A stretch of DNA of 64,000 nucleotides. Source: a virus. Taxonomy: Duplodnaviria; Caudoviricetes. Below the pieces are notes generated by a model. The model did not search any database. It saw nothing but the letters and a program-made list of their open reading frames with translations, and had not been told where the DNA came from. The position numbers and the translations under genes were made by a program. Each line of letters begins with the position of its first letter. Position 1 is the stretch's first letter. The stretch is taken from positions 170,928-234,927 of the IMG/VR virus record IMGVR_UViG_3300020576_005257, one strand, 5' to 3'. Shown here piece after piece: positions 38,100-47,001 of this stretch.

Positions 38100-38761
38100 A
38101 TCTGCCAGGAGCCACCTTGTTCACCAAGGTTCCCCCGAAGGGGGTGGCTCGGGGCCACGAAGTGGCCCACATAAAGAACAGCACACTTGCTTTCTTTACT
38201 CTCTTATTCTATACAGGGAGTTTCTTTACTTCACCTATGGGTGAGTCAATTACTGCTCCTTCAGGAGATGTTAATTGTTACTCATGGTCGAAAACCTCTG
38301 GTTTTCTAGACCTTTCCCATTCTGAGACTTCACTAAAAAATCCCTCTGTCTAAAATAATTTATTTGAGCCTAGGGGTCTATGTTAAGTCTCTCTCATGTA
38401 ACCCTTAATAGCCCCCAATCCGGGGGGTGTTAATTGTTACAACACTTGAAAAAGTACCTTTTTCACCTAGTTTGACTCATCAACTAGGCTTTTTGCTCTC
38501 TCTGTACTAGTCTTCTGGTTTACCCATAGATCAATTACTCCTCCCATGGGGGGGATAAAAACAATGATCTCTTCCAGAATACAAGTACAAACTCTACCTA
38601 TGTGCAACCTTTAGGTTGCACGAGAAAGAACTAACCACGTATGTGAGTTGGTAACTTCACTAAGTTAGCTTTCTTTCTCCCTACTGGAAATATAGACTTC
38701 ATGTCTTGTTTCCCTCTACACACTCTATTCTATTCTCTCTCTTCTCTTTCTCCTTTCATCT

Positions 38762-39148
38762 ATGCCCCGTATCTACTGGGCTACCTATTCCAAACTCTCT
38801 CACAAAACTATGAAATACTCTGATCTCCGTCCTGGTGATACTCTCACCTATGCTACCTACGTCTCTCGTGTTGATTACCTCGACATCCCCAAGTATTGGA
38901 TGGAGTCTTCAACACTTCGAACTACCAACCTATGGGGTAGTATGGTCAGCACTACATATATTGAAGTTGCTGATAACCTTCCTTCTGACATTCTCATGGT
39001 TCGTCGTAATGACAAACCAATCTATGTCAAGGGTCTACCTTATCCACTTCCCATTCCCAAACCTAAAGGTGACATCCGCAAACGGCTTGATGCTCACCGT
39101 GTCCTTAAGTCTTCTTCTACAAAGACAAAGGGATACTGGCATCTATGA
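38762..39148 (+). CDS. Hypothetical protein
   Basis: 128-aa ORF; DLRPGD motif. Confidence 0.55.
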   Translation: MPRIYWATYSKLSHKTMKYSDLRPGDTLTYATYVSRVDYLDIPKYWMESSTLRTTNLWGSMVSTTYIEVADNLPSDILMVRRNDKPIYVKGLPYPLPIPKPKGDIRKRLDAHRVLKSSSTKTKGYWHL

Positions 39149-39346
39149 AGTACTCTTCCAATTCTTTGGATTAGTCTTCAACAACATAGTGAAAAAAATC
39201 AACTATGGGTATATTTCAGACCCATAGCTTTTCACTATTTCTCATCCTTCCAGGTTGTGCATTACAAATGCTTCTACAACCACTCTCTCTAGGTCACGGA
39301 GGTACCTTTACTTGGGGCTAGGTTCCACTTAGCCCCACTCTCACTC

Positions 39347-39682
39347 ATGTACAACTTTGGTCAATTCATGGGGCACCTTGGTGTCCTCATCTCTCGTATT
39401 TTCACCGAAGCATATCGCCAATCTCAGTTCACTGAATTGGAGGATGCTGTTACTGGTAGAAAACCCAAACCTACCCTTCAGGTAGTTAACACTGACTACG
39501 GCACTATCACCGTTAAATACGGCGATGAGCAAGTAGTCCTTGAACGTGTACGTCGTACTGACTCTTGGCAACCCATCGGGATGTTCCAAGGGGAAGTAGG
39601 CTACCTACGACCTGGCAAACTACCAATCCCTGGAAGGGATGCTGCCATCTGCTGGGCTAAATCCTACTTAGGTGCAGCCTAG
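39347..39682 (+). CDS. Hypothetical protein
   Basis: 111 aa, preceded by hairpin. Confidence 0.6.
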   Translation: MYNFGQFMGHLGVLISRIFTEAYRQSQFTELEDAVTGRKPKPTLQVVNTDYGTITVKYGDEQVVLERVRRTDSWQPIGMFQGEVGYLRPGKLPIPGRDAAICWAKSYLGAA

Positions 39683-39929
39683 TCTCACCTGGAGTCTCAC
39701 ACCTATGATGTTCCTCATCTCACTCATGCCATTCTTGGCAATCAACTTCTTCACTGTACTCTGTCTCATGACAGGGGACTACTCATCTGCAAGGGGTTAT
39801 TTCATGACCTCCTTGCCATTCCTCTCCTTCGTTATCTTGGTTCCATTCTTCCACACCTTGTGGAGACGGAACCTTAAGCTCCTCAAAGAGCTTAAAGTCA
39901 AACAAGGAGGAGATAATGATCTCCTCTAA
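39672..39929 (+). CDS. Two-TM membrane protein
   Basis: Two hydrophobic segments, overlapping neighbours. Confidence 0.55.
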   Translation: MQPSLTWSLTPMMFLISLMPFLAINFFTVLCLMTGDYSSARGYFMTSLPFLSFVILVPFFHTLWRRNLKLLKELKVKQGGDNDLL

Positions 39930-40497
39930 CAGCACTGAATCTCTCTTCCCAGAGGACTTCCCTAATGTGTATCGCATTGGCATCACTGGACACCGACCAC
40001 GGGGGTTACTTTCAGTACCCAACCATGGTTATGTGGACTATGCCTACTGCAATACCAAACTCCTTGAGTTCATGCGGTCAACTATGTTCCCCATGATACT
40101 CAACAAATACCCAGATCCTGTCTGTATCTCAGGCATGGCTCTGGGTGCTGATCAAGCTTACATGCAAGTTGCTCAAGAGCTAGGATTCAAGACTGTTGCT
40201 GTTGTACCCTACCCGGAACAACCCAACATCTGGCCTAAAGCTGCCCAGGAACACTATCACCAACTGTGTGCTAATGCCACAGAAGTGATTACAGTGTTTC
40301 CTTCAGGCGAAGCTGGCCTTCTTGATTTCCGTCAAATGCTCTTTATACGCGACAACCGTCTTGTTGACCGATGCACCAATATGGTTGCACTACACAATGG
40401 CCTACCTTCTGGTACTGGTCATACTGTAGGCTATGCTCACCAACAAGGCAAACCTGTCGCCAACTTCTGGAAGCTATGGAGACAATATCTCAAATGA
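39916..40497 (+). CDS. SLOG superfamily, YspA/DUF1273-like protein
   Basis: IGITGHRP, ISGMALGADQ, VVPYPEQ...W, RDNRLVD, SGTGHTVGYA. Confidence 0.9.
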   Translation: MISSNSTESLFPEDFPNVYRIGITGHRPRGLLSVPNHGYVDYAYCNTKLLEFMRSTMFPMILNKYPDPVCISGMALGADQAYMQVAQELGFKTVAVVPYPEQPNIWPKAAQEHYHQLCANATEVITVFPSGEAGLLDFRQMLFIRDNRLVDRCTNMVALHNGLPSGTGHTVGYAHQQGKPVANFWKLWRQYLK

Positions 40498-40817
40498 AGA
40501 AAACTCACCCTACTCTTACCAGTCACCTCAAAGATTTTGAAGTCAATATCAAAACTTTTGAGGAGGCAGTCGGTACGTCTGCCGATATCACTGGTTATAC
40601 GCTCAAAATGCGTACCCATTTTCACACTCTGCATGAGAAGGGCTTTATAAGCCCTGAACTTTATGCCAAGTTCAACAAGCATCTTGATTCCATCAATGAT
40701 ACTCTCCATGATCTTGGTCACGAAGCCTTCATCGTTTACGATTCTCTCACTGAGGAACAACTGTTCCTTGTACAACTCACTCAGAACTCAGTTCCACCTG
40801 AGTTCATTGATCGTTAG
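40494..40817 (+). CDS. Hypothetical helical protein (start MKKTHP)
   Basis: ATGA overlap with SLOG gene. Confidence 0.6.
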   Translation: MKKTHPTLTSHLKDFEVNIKTFEEAVGTSADITGYTLKMRTHFHTLHEKGFISPELYAKFNKHLDSINDTLHDLGHEAFIVYDSLTEEQLFLVQLTQNSVPPEFIDR

Positions 40818-40896
40818 CAAGCATTCGCTTGCCATGTCCTAGCACTCCAAAGGAAGTGCTTACCCTAGCTATGCTAGGGGTTGTCTCACTAGTAAC

Positions 40897-41538
40897 ATGC
40901 AACACGTTCGATATGGTACAGCTCTGCTGACCCTTCCTACAATTCCTGCTCCCACTTCTGGTGGTGAGCCTCTACAACATCCTGTCGTTCGGCATCTTCT
41001 TGCCGGACGTATTGACGATGCAATCGTTGGTATTCGAGAGCTGGGTCTTACCCAAGCTCGCCATGCTAATGGTACCACTGTGTACTCTGGTGAAGGAATT
41101 GAAATCCTTCACACCACAATTGCATTGTCAGCTGAACTCAAACCTGACACATTCTCCCTAGACATCAACGACCGCTGTGTCATTAATGACAAACAGGGAC
41201 GGTCTATGGACTGGGACTGCGATGGTGATCCCATTCAACTTATCCTCTTCAAGGAATTAGTTGATGGGGAAATTATCACCAAAGCTATTCACGTCAAATT
41301 TCCAGCCCCCAAACTTCCACCTGTGTGGAAGATGGTTCCTCTGCCAGAACCTGTTCTCAAAGGTCTTTCCAAAGCCAAGGCAACTTCATTGATTAATGAA
41401 GGTCCTCCAGTTCCTGACTGGATTGCTGCTATGAAAAAGACTTTTACTCCACAGCCTATTGGCACCGTCACCATTAGATGGTGGAACCATATCATGTCTC
41501 TTTATCATCAAGCATTTCTTAATGCTTCTAACAACTGA
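40897..41538 (+). CDS. Second RNA polymerase, catalytic (beta-prime-like) fragment
   Basis: NDKQGRSMDWDCDGD...GEIITKAIHVKFP aligns with NDIQAGAMVVDMDGD...GNIIEEFMIPVKEP of 25305..29087. Confidence 0.75.
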   Translation: MQHVRYGTALLTLPTIPAPTSGGEPLQHPVVRHLLAGRIDDAIVGIRELGLTQARHANGTTVYSGEGIEILHTTIALSAELKPDTFSLDINDRCVINDKQGRSMDWDCDGDPIQLILFKELVDGEIITKAIHVKFPAPKLPPVWKMVPLPEPVLKGLSKAKATSLINEGPPVPDWIAAMKKTFTPQPIGTVTIRWWNHIMSLYHQAFLNASNN

Positions 41539-41633
41539 TCGTTGCTCTCTTAGAGCACTATTCAAAAGCTCCAACGTCGGTTGGACTTCCCGTCGGATGC
41601 TAGTCCGATAACTCACGCCTGGTTACTAATAAC

Positions 41634-43415
41634 ATGAACCTCAGTCTGTTCAAATCAATTGTTTCTCCTTTGTCACAGGCTTTCCGTGACGACCTTGAAG
41701 GTCGCACTATGAAAGCCGCCCGTAAGGGCGAAGGAGCTGAACGTCCTCTCATCTTCGACCTCCCAGTCGAATCAATGGATCCAATTACTGCCGTATTCTA
41801 TGGTAGTCGTGGAGCCATCTCCCAATCTGCCAATCTTGGCTATTCCTGGGATGAGGTGGAACTTGCGGCCAACGGCCATATGCAATTCACCGAAGCCCGT
41901 AAACACAAAGATCCTAATCCAACCCGTCAGGCTTGGACTGATGATCCTGTTCAGAGTGATTATTCACTCGTTGCTTGGCTCATCAAAGGGGGCTACTTGC
42001 AAGTTCAAGAACTTGCTGCCACCCGTAAAGGTGTTCCACCTGCTATCTCTGTGTCTCTCTTCAATCCAGCTACTGGAAAACATTCGGCATTCGTCTGGAA
42101 GAAGGATATGGGTGGTGATCACGTCGGTTTCTCAACCGTTCTGTATCCCGCCTATGTCTACGAACCTTCCACTGGAGAAGGCCGTGTAATGAGTCCTCTC
42201 GAACACTTGTCACTTTACGTGACTCGTCACTATGGTTGCTCTTGCAACATCACTACTCTGGGCTATGTCTCAGCCATCTTCAAAGGTGGCGGAGCTTATG
42301 CCCTTGAGTCATGCCTCAAGAAGTTCGTTGAACTTTTTGGCGATGTTGTCCCATCTACCATCACAGATGGTAGGCACACACCCTACAAGAATGCGAAGTT
42401 CTTCGCTTCTCGTACTGTTGTTGTGGACCATAGCTCCTTCCCCAGTTTCATGGGTAAGGAAACCAGCATTGATGTAATGATGCGTATTACCGCCCAAGCT
42501 TCCAAAGCTTTTGGTGGTATCCATTATCCATCAACTGGTAGTCGTCCTTCTCTCCGCAAGCATTTCCTTGCTGGCGAGAATCGTTTCCCAGAGTTCTGCT
42601 CTGGTATGAGCGAAGCTCATCGACCTGGCCGCAATCGTTCTCTGCTTGTTCGCACTCTGCGTACCAGCAATATGAAGGTTGCACTTGTGGTCACTGATTC
42701 CCTTCAGTGCTACATCACTCCCACAGGTATCGAGAAATCAAAACCTGAAATTGATACCTTCCTTCCACAGGTATCATTCGAGCCAGTTGAAAACTGGCCT
42801 ATGCTTGAACTCTCCAGTTGGTCTGGTAAGACCACTACTGTTTGGGTTTCTCCAAACCCTAAACAAGAGTCCAAGCGTGTTGGCAAGCTCCTTGACCAAG
42901 AGGGGTCTCGTTTCGAGCCCCGTGAGGTTGGACAATGGACTACTGAAGATGGTACTCCCATCGACGTTCTCTACTCCACTGCTGAAGCTGAAGACAAAAA
43001 GCTCATGGCTTTCTTTCTCAGCAAAGCCACACCTCAGACCATCATTGGTCCAAAGGGTGAACAGATCAAAACTTATGTTTTTGATCATCACCTATTCCGT
43101 TCCGGTGTCGCATCCGAAAACATTCAACCACGTTTCTTGAAACAGTGGACTGTTGAAAGTTTCACAGGCAAGCTCCTTGCTTGTGTACTTCAGGATGAAG
43201 ACCTTCGTTTCACAACCCGGAACAACTTCCAGATGCTAAGAGCTAAAGCTCTTTATGAGTCAGCAGAACTGCTTGCTCATCAACCAGAGGGTACTGAAGT
43301 GGAGCTTCTCAAAGAACTCCCATCTGACTTGTCAGATGAACAACTTCAAGATGAAGACACTCACGAAGCACTTACTGTGCCAATCGGTGAGATTGTCGGC
43401 ATCGAAGTCCTCTGA
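41634..43415 (+). CDS. Second RNA polymerase, large fragment (trigger-loop-like plus beta-like)
   Basis: DDLEGRTMKAARK vs DDIEVRSLKVGRN; GKLLDQEGSR...EDGTPIDVLYS beta DPBB motif. Confidence 0.72.
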   Translation: MNLSLFKSIVSPLSQAFRDDLEGRTMKAARKGEGAERPLIFDLPVESMDPITAVFYGSRGAISQSANLGYSWDEVELAANGHMQFTEARKHKDPNPTRQAWTDDPVQSDYSLVAWLIKGGYLQVQELAATRKGVPPAISVSLFNPATGKHSAFVWKKDMGGDHVGFSTVLYPAYVYEPSTGEGRVMSPLEHLSLYVTRHYGCSCNITTLGYVSAIFKGGGAYALESCLKKFVELFGDVVPSTITDGRHTPYKNAKFFASRTVVVDHSSFPSFMGKETSIDVMMRITAQASKAFGGIHYPSTGSRPSLRKHFLAGENRFPEFCSGMSEAHRPGRNRSLLVRTLRTSNMKVALVVTDSLQCYITPTGIEKSKPEIDTFLPQVSFEPVENWPMLELSSWSGKTTTVWVSPNPKQESKRVGKLLDQEGSRFEPREVGQWTTEDGTPIDVLYSTAEAEDKKLMAFFLSKATPQTIIGPKGEQIKTYVFDHHLFRSGVASENIQPRFLKQWTVESFTGKLLACVLQDEDLRFTTRNNFQMLRAKALYESAELLAHQPEGTEVELLKELPSDLSDEQLQDEDTHEALTVPIGEIVGIEVL

Positions 43416-43429
43416 CATCTGTCACAATT

Positions 43430-43457
43430 ACCCCCGTAGGTGCAAGCCTACGGGGGT
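43430..43457 (+). promoter_or_regulatory. Conserved-loop hairpin 1
   Basis: ACCCCCGTAGG-TGCAAG-CCTACGGGGGT. Confidence 0.55.
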
Positions 43458-43763
43458 GTACATTTTTTCTTGAAACTATTCACGGTCCTTCTGGCATTCG
43501 CCTCCAGGAACATTCATAGTTTCACTAGGTTAGACTTCTAACATTTAAAATGTTTTAGACTTCTTGGAATACTGTTTCCTAGAGGTAGAAAAATCAATTT
43601 TGGGTAACAGCCTGAGCTATGCTCTCGTCACTTACCAATACTTTTTTTTGGCTAGCCCTACCACTGGGTGTAGACAATCTCAAGTACTGGTATAGACTAC
43701 GAGTAAAATCAATCTCGGGTTCTGTGAAACCCAAATTCAAAACAGAGGTCTAACTTCAAAACA

Positions 43764-44636
43764 ATGATTACCAAATCACCTTCCGCCACTCTCAATCTGA
43801 GTGCTCTCCGTACTGCTAACGAAGCAGTCGTTCTGGAGAACTTCACGATTGACCTTACTCTCTCCACTCCTGAGCCAATCGCAGAAGGTCCATTCAAGGG
43901 CCTTCCTCAAGTCGTTGGCGAAGGCATCTCCTTCCGGGGCACCGGAGGCGTCGAAAACCGTGTGTATCCCACACGCATCGAAGTCCGAGCAGTCGAGTCT
44001 TCCAAGAATCTTCTTGAAGAAGACGAAGACGCTGAGGACCTCATCGGCTTCATCGGTCAACGAGTGACCACAGTTCATTCTGTCCTCTTCGGACGCAAGA
44101 TGATCCCCGATCCCGATGCCAAGGTTGGCAAGCCCAAGATGATCTTGAGCCCTGACGAAGTGGAACTCCAGACCATGCGTACTGGTCTTTCGTTCAACAA
44201 GAACTCGGCCAATCCCAACATGCGTTCTGTGTCTTTCATGCGAAAGAACACCAACTTGTTCATCCCACCAGGTGACAAGGCCGCAGCTGCTGAAGCAGCC
44301 GACTCCGAATCCAAGGCTTCTGCTACTAGCGAAGTTGGTAAGCGAGTCCTCAATGCGTTCAATGCAATTGAGCGAGCTGTTCGTGACTCCTTTGAGGGCA
44401 TTGACCTCAAACGATTCGAACAGGGCGGCGATCTCGCTCATCTCAGCAAGGAAGTCAAGGACGAATTCCGTGCTTACGACACAGCTGTTCGCAAAGTCGC
44501 AGCTCATCTCAAGAATTGGAAGCGTCCTTCAACTGATGCCAAGCCGAGTGTCACAAACACTCCAGCTCAGGCTAAGGTTGAAAAGACCGAGCCAATGTCC
44601 ATTGACGATCTGGAGGCAGAAGTTAAGTCTTCTTGA
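43764..44636 (+). CDS. Highly expressed hypothetical protein (possible nucleic-acid-binding cofactor)
   Basis: 290 aa, strong C-ending codon bias, beta-rich N-half, acidic tail. Confidence 0.65.
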   Translation: MITKSPSATLNLSALRTANEAVVLENFTIDLTLSTPEPIAEGPFKGLPQVVGEGISFRGTGGVENRVYPTRIEVRAVESSKNLLEEDEDAEDLIGFIGQRVTTVHSVLFGRKMIPDPDAKVGKPKMILSPDEVELQTMRTGLSFNKNSANPNMRSVSFMRKNTNLFIPPGDKAAAAEAADSESKASATSEVGKRVLNAFNAIERAVRDSFEGIDLKRFEQGGDLAHLSKEVKDEFRAYDTAVRKVAAHLKNWKRPSTDAKPSVTNTPAQAKVEKTEPMSIDDLEAEVKSS

Positions 44637-44651
44637 TTCCAGCTTCATCAT

Positions 44652-44677
44652 CCCCCTAGGTGTAACAGCCTAGGGGG
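44652..44677 (+). promoter_or_regulatory. Conserved-loop hairpin 2
   Basis: CCCCCTAGG-TGTAACAG-CCTAGGGGG, no U-tract. Confidence 0.55.
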
Positions 44678-44703
44678 TATCAGATAAGCAACCGGAGAAA
44701 ACT

Positions 44704-45153
44704 ATGAGTTTCTTTATGCTCCTAGTCGCCACTACGCTGGCGATCTTCATCCTTATGGCTTCCATCAAAGCCATCCTTACCGCTGTCAGAATGTGGCGTA
44801 ATGGGGCACAAGTGTCCTCGACTGCCATGTTTATGTCAGCAGCAGCTGGAATCCTTCTGGTTTCCATGATGTTTACCAACCCAGTAACCTGGGCTGTACT
44901 CGGTATCACCGCGATGTACACCATTGCAATCGACATCTGTCGTGGCATTCTGTACAACCTCGCTGAATGGGAAACTGAGTATGCTGCTGCTCCAATCACC
45001 TCGACTTTCGTAGGTCTTTGGAACAAAGGCAAGACTTGGAACGCAGACCGTAAGGTCAAACGTGCCGAGAAGCTTCCCAACACCGAGTATCAACAGGATC
45101 CTGGTGTTCCAGGTGCTGTCATCCAAGGTACTCCAGAACCTGTAGGAGCGTAA
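44704..45153 (+). CDS. Multi-TM membrane protein
   Basis: Three hydrophobic segments, GGAG RBS. Confidence 0.7.
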   Translation: MSFFMLLVATTLAIFILMASIKAILTAVRMWRNGAQVSSTAMFMSAAAGILLVSMMFTNPVTWAVLGITAMYTIAIDICRGILYNLAEWETEYAAAPITSTFVGLWNKGKTWNADRKVKRAEKLPNTEYQQDPGVPGAVIQGTPEPVGA

Positions 45154-45159
45154 TCTTAA

Positions 45160-45555
45160 TTGATTACACTCTTCCTCTTCATCAATGCCCTTGCACTTTT
45201 AACTATTGCGTATAACGCAGCAGTGTGCATGGTCTTCTCTGCCAAACAACAAGACTTGGTAGGAGCCCTTATTCAAGGTCTCGTATCAGCCTTCTCTCTC
45301 CTGCTTGCAGGATGTTGGATTATGCTAATGTTTGCTGGTCTTACATACCTGTTGCCTGGCGACTTTCTGCTACTTGGAGTCAACATTGTGTTGGCTATCT
45401 GGTATTCAATAATCGCCAGCTCTGTCAAGGAGGAGATGGGGTATTCTGCCCCAATTTGTGCATTCGTCACAAATAAAGTACTGCCTGGTATAGCCAGCTG
45501 GGGTGACAAACGTCGCACCACTAAGGCAATCTCAGCCGACCCTGTTGCAGTTTAA
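45160..45555 (+). CDS. Multi-TM membrane protein
   Basis: Three hydrophobic segments, AGGAG RBS. Confidence 0.65.
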   Translation: MITLFLFINALALLTIAYNAAVCMVFSAKQQDLVGALIQGLVSAFSLLLAGCWIMLMFAGLTYLLPGDFLLLGVNIVLAIWYSIIASSVKEEMGYSAPICAFVTNKVLPGIASWGDKRRTTKAISADPVAV

Positions 45556-45571
45556 TCTGCAACCAAAAATC

Positions 45572-45597
45572 AGCTGTGGGTGTAACAACCCACAGCT
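45572..45597 (+). promoter_or_regulatory. Conserved-loop hairpin 3
   Basis: AGCTGTGGG-TGTAACAA-CCCACAGCT, no U-tract. Confidence 0.55.
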
Positions 45598-45620
45598 CTA
45601 CTCAAACGGAGTCTCACCAA

Positions 45621-45905
45621 ATGTTTGTTTACATCATCATCGGCCTTGCTACAGTTAGTGTAGCATTCGAGCTATTCTTGTTCTCCAAGTTCCCAGCTCT
45701 TCTCAAATTTTGCAAGCAGTTCCCACTTGTAGGTATTGGCTTGTCCATGTTCCTCAGTGTATTCCTAGCTGGATTGTTCCATGCTGGAGGAATGGCAGTG
45801 GCTGCTGCTGCTATCATTTCCACTCTTGCAACCGCTATCTATTACTCGGTTGCTAATGGTTGCCGTGCAATCATGGATCGTTTTTTCTCTTGGCGTGAGT
45901 GCTGA
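45621..45905 (+). CDS. Multi-TM membrane protein (start MFVYII)
   Basis: GGAG leader, three hydrophobic segments. Confidence 0.65.
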   Translation: MFVYIIIGLATVSVAFELFLFSKFPALLKFCKQFPLVGIGLSMFLSVFLAGLFHAGGMAVAAAAIISTLATAIYYSVANGCRAIMDRFFSWREC

Positions 45906-45944
45906 TAAGCACCATGGCTCATGGCCATGTGTGTAAAACAACGG

Positions 45945-46950
45945 GGTCCCTTTGAAACTTGGGACCCCTATTTTCCCCCGCCCCACTCACGTCCAACCCC
46001 AATTAACTGGGGTTATTTCCCGGCCACCACCGGGAATGTTCCTGAGTTGGCTAAGGCAGCTAAGTGAGACTCGCTGCTGAAAGCCAACTTTGGATAACTT
46101 AAATCAATTTCGGGTTCTACCAATTACTGGAAATATCTGGTATTATGGCCCGACTGACGGAGGATGATTAACTATCATGAAGCTCACCTAAGACCACCCG
46201 TAAATGAGAAAAAACCGTTAAGAGCGGTATGATATACTGAGATTTTTTGTAGTCTACCTCATAGGTGTTAAAAGCATCTATGGGGTAATTCCCAATTTGA
46301 CCGACTGACATTAGTTTCCTTGATGCTACTTGTTAGTGGTTAAAAACCAAAAATGGGTTGAACAACAACAGGGTTAAACCTGGTTCAAACCAAACAACAC
46401 AAACATGCAGATCTTCCAGAATTTCTGCATCATAGTGGATAAGAGGGGATCACTCACCTCAAAAGAGAACACCAAATAAGAACCAGCAAAATACTGGTTC
46501 GCTAATTCGACAGTTAAGTCCAACATGAAAATCGGAGTTTCATCCATTCTCCTTCTCGCCATGTATAAACTTTGTCGAATATAAGCAAATCTCAATCACG
46601 ATCTATCTGGTATGATCGGTGAAAGAAAAACCCCAGGGTGACGATCAGCAATGGTTGTCACCCCTAAACACATGAAGGGATTCTGTATAAGAATAACCTA
46701 TGGCTAAGGCCTTCAAAGCCCGAATAATGAGTGAGTAGGAGAAACCCCTACTCCTTTCACCTAAAGTTTTTCAGCCCGAGTAATGGTACAATCTCGGGTT
46801 CTGTTAATAAAAGTTGGGAAGCAATTCTTAACAAAATAGGACGGAGTAAATGAAAGAGCGAAATAGGGTCAAACCTAATAGTAACTCAAATGCAACAAGG
46901 AATATAGCTGGATTACAAGGCATTCCTGTACCAATTGATATGAGCAATTA
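45945..46950 (+). ncRNA. About 1 kb non-coding region rich in stem-loops
   Basis: No convincing ORF; hairpins such as AGTTGGCT...AGCCAACT, GGGTGACGATC..GGTTGTCACCC, CAGCCCGAG..CTCGGGTT. Confidence 0.45.
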
Positions 46951-47001
46951 TGTCAATTAGCAAACAGTGTTTACATTGTTTTACTTGTAGTCCACCAATG
47001 T

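Noticed and set aside
37997-38353. 118-aa ORF
   Set aside because: Runs through GC hairpins and pyrimidine tracts; the overlapping 30-aa TM ORF is more plausible
41536-41636. UGA read-through fusing the two split-RNAP genes
   Set aside because: An in-frame TAG follows at 41551 and the second gene is in a different frame, so suppression alone cannot join them
43776-44507. 243-aa antisense ORF and similar shadows (11487..12020, 13043..13510, 4370..4816)
   Set aside because: Antisense to strongly codon-biased genes, which commonly leaves the opposite frame open; no motifs
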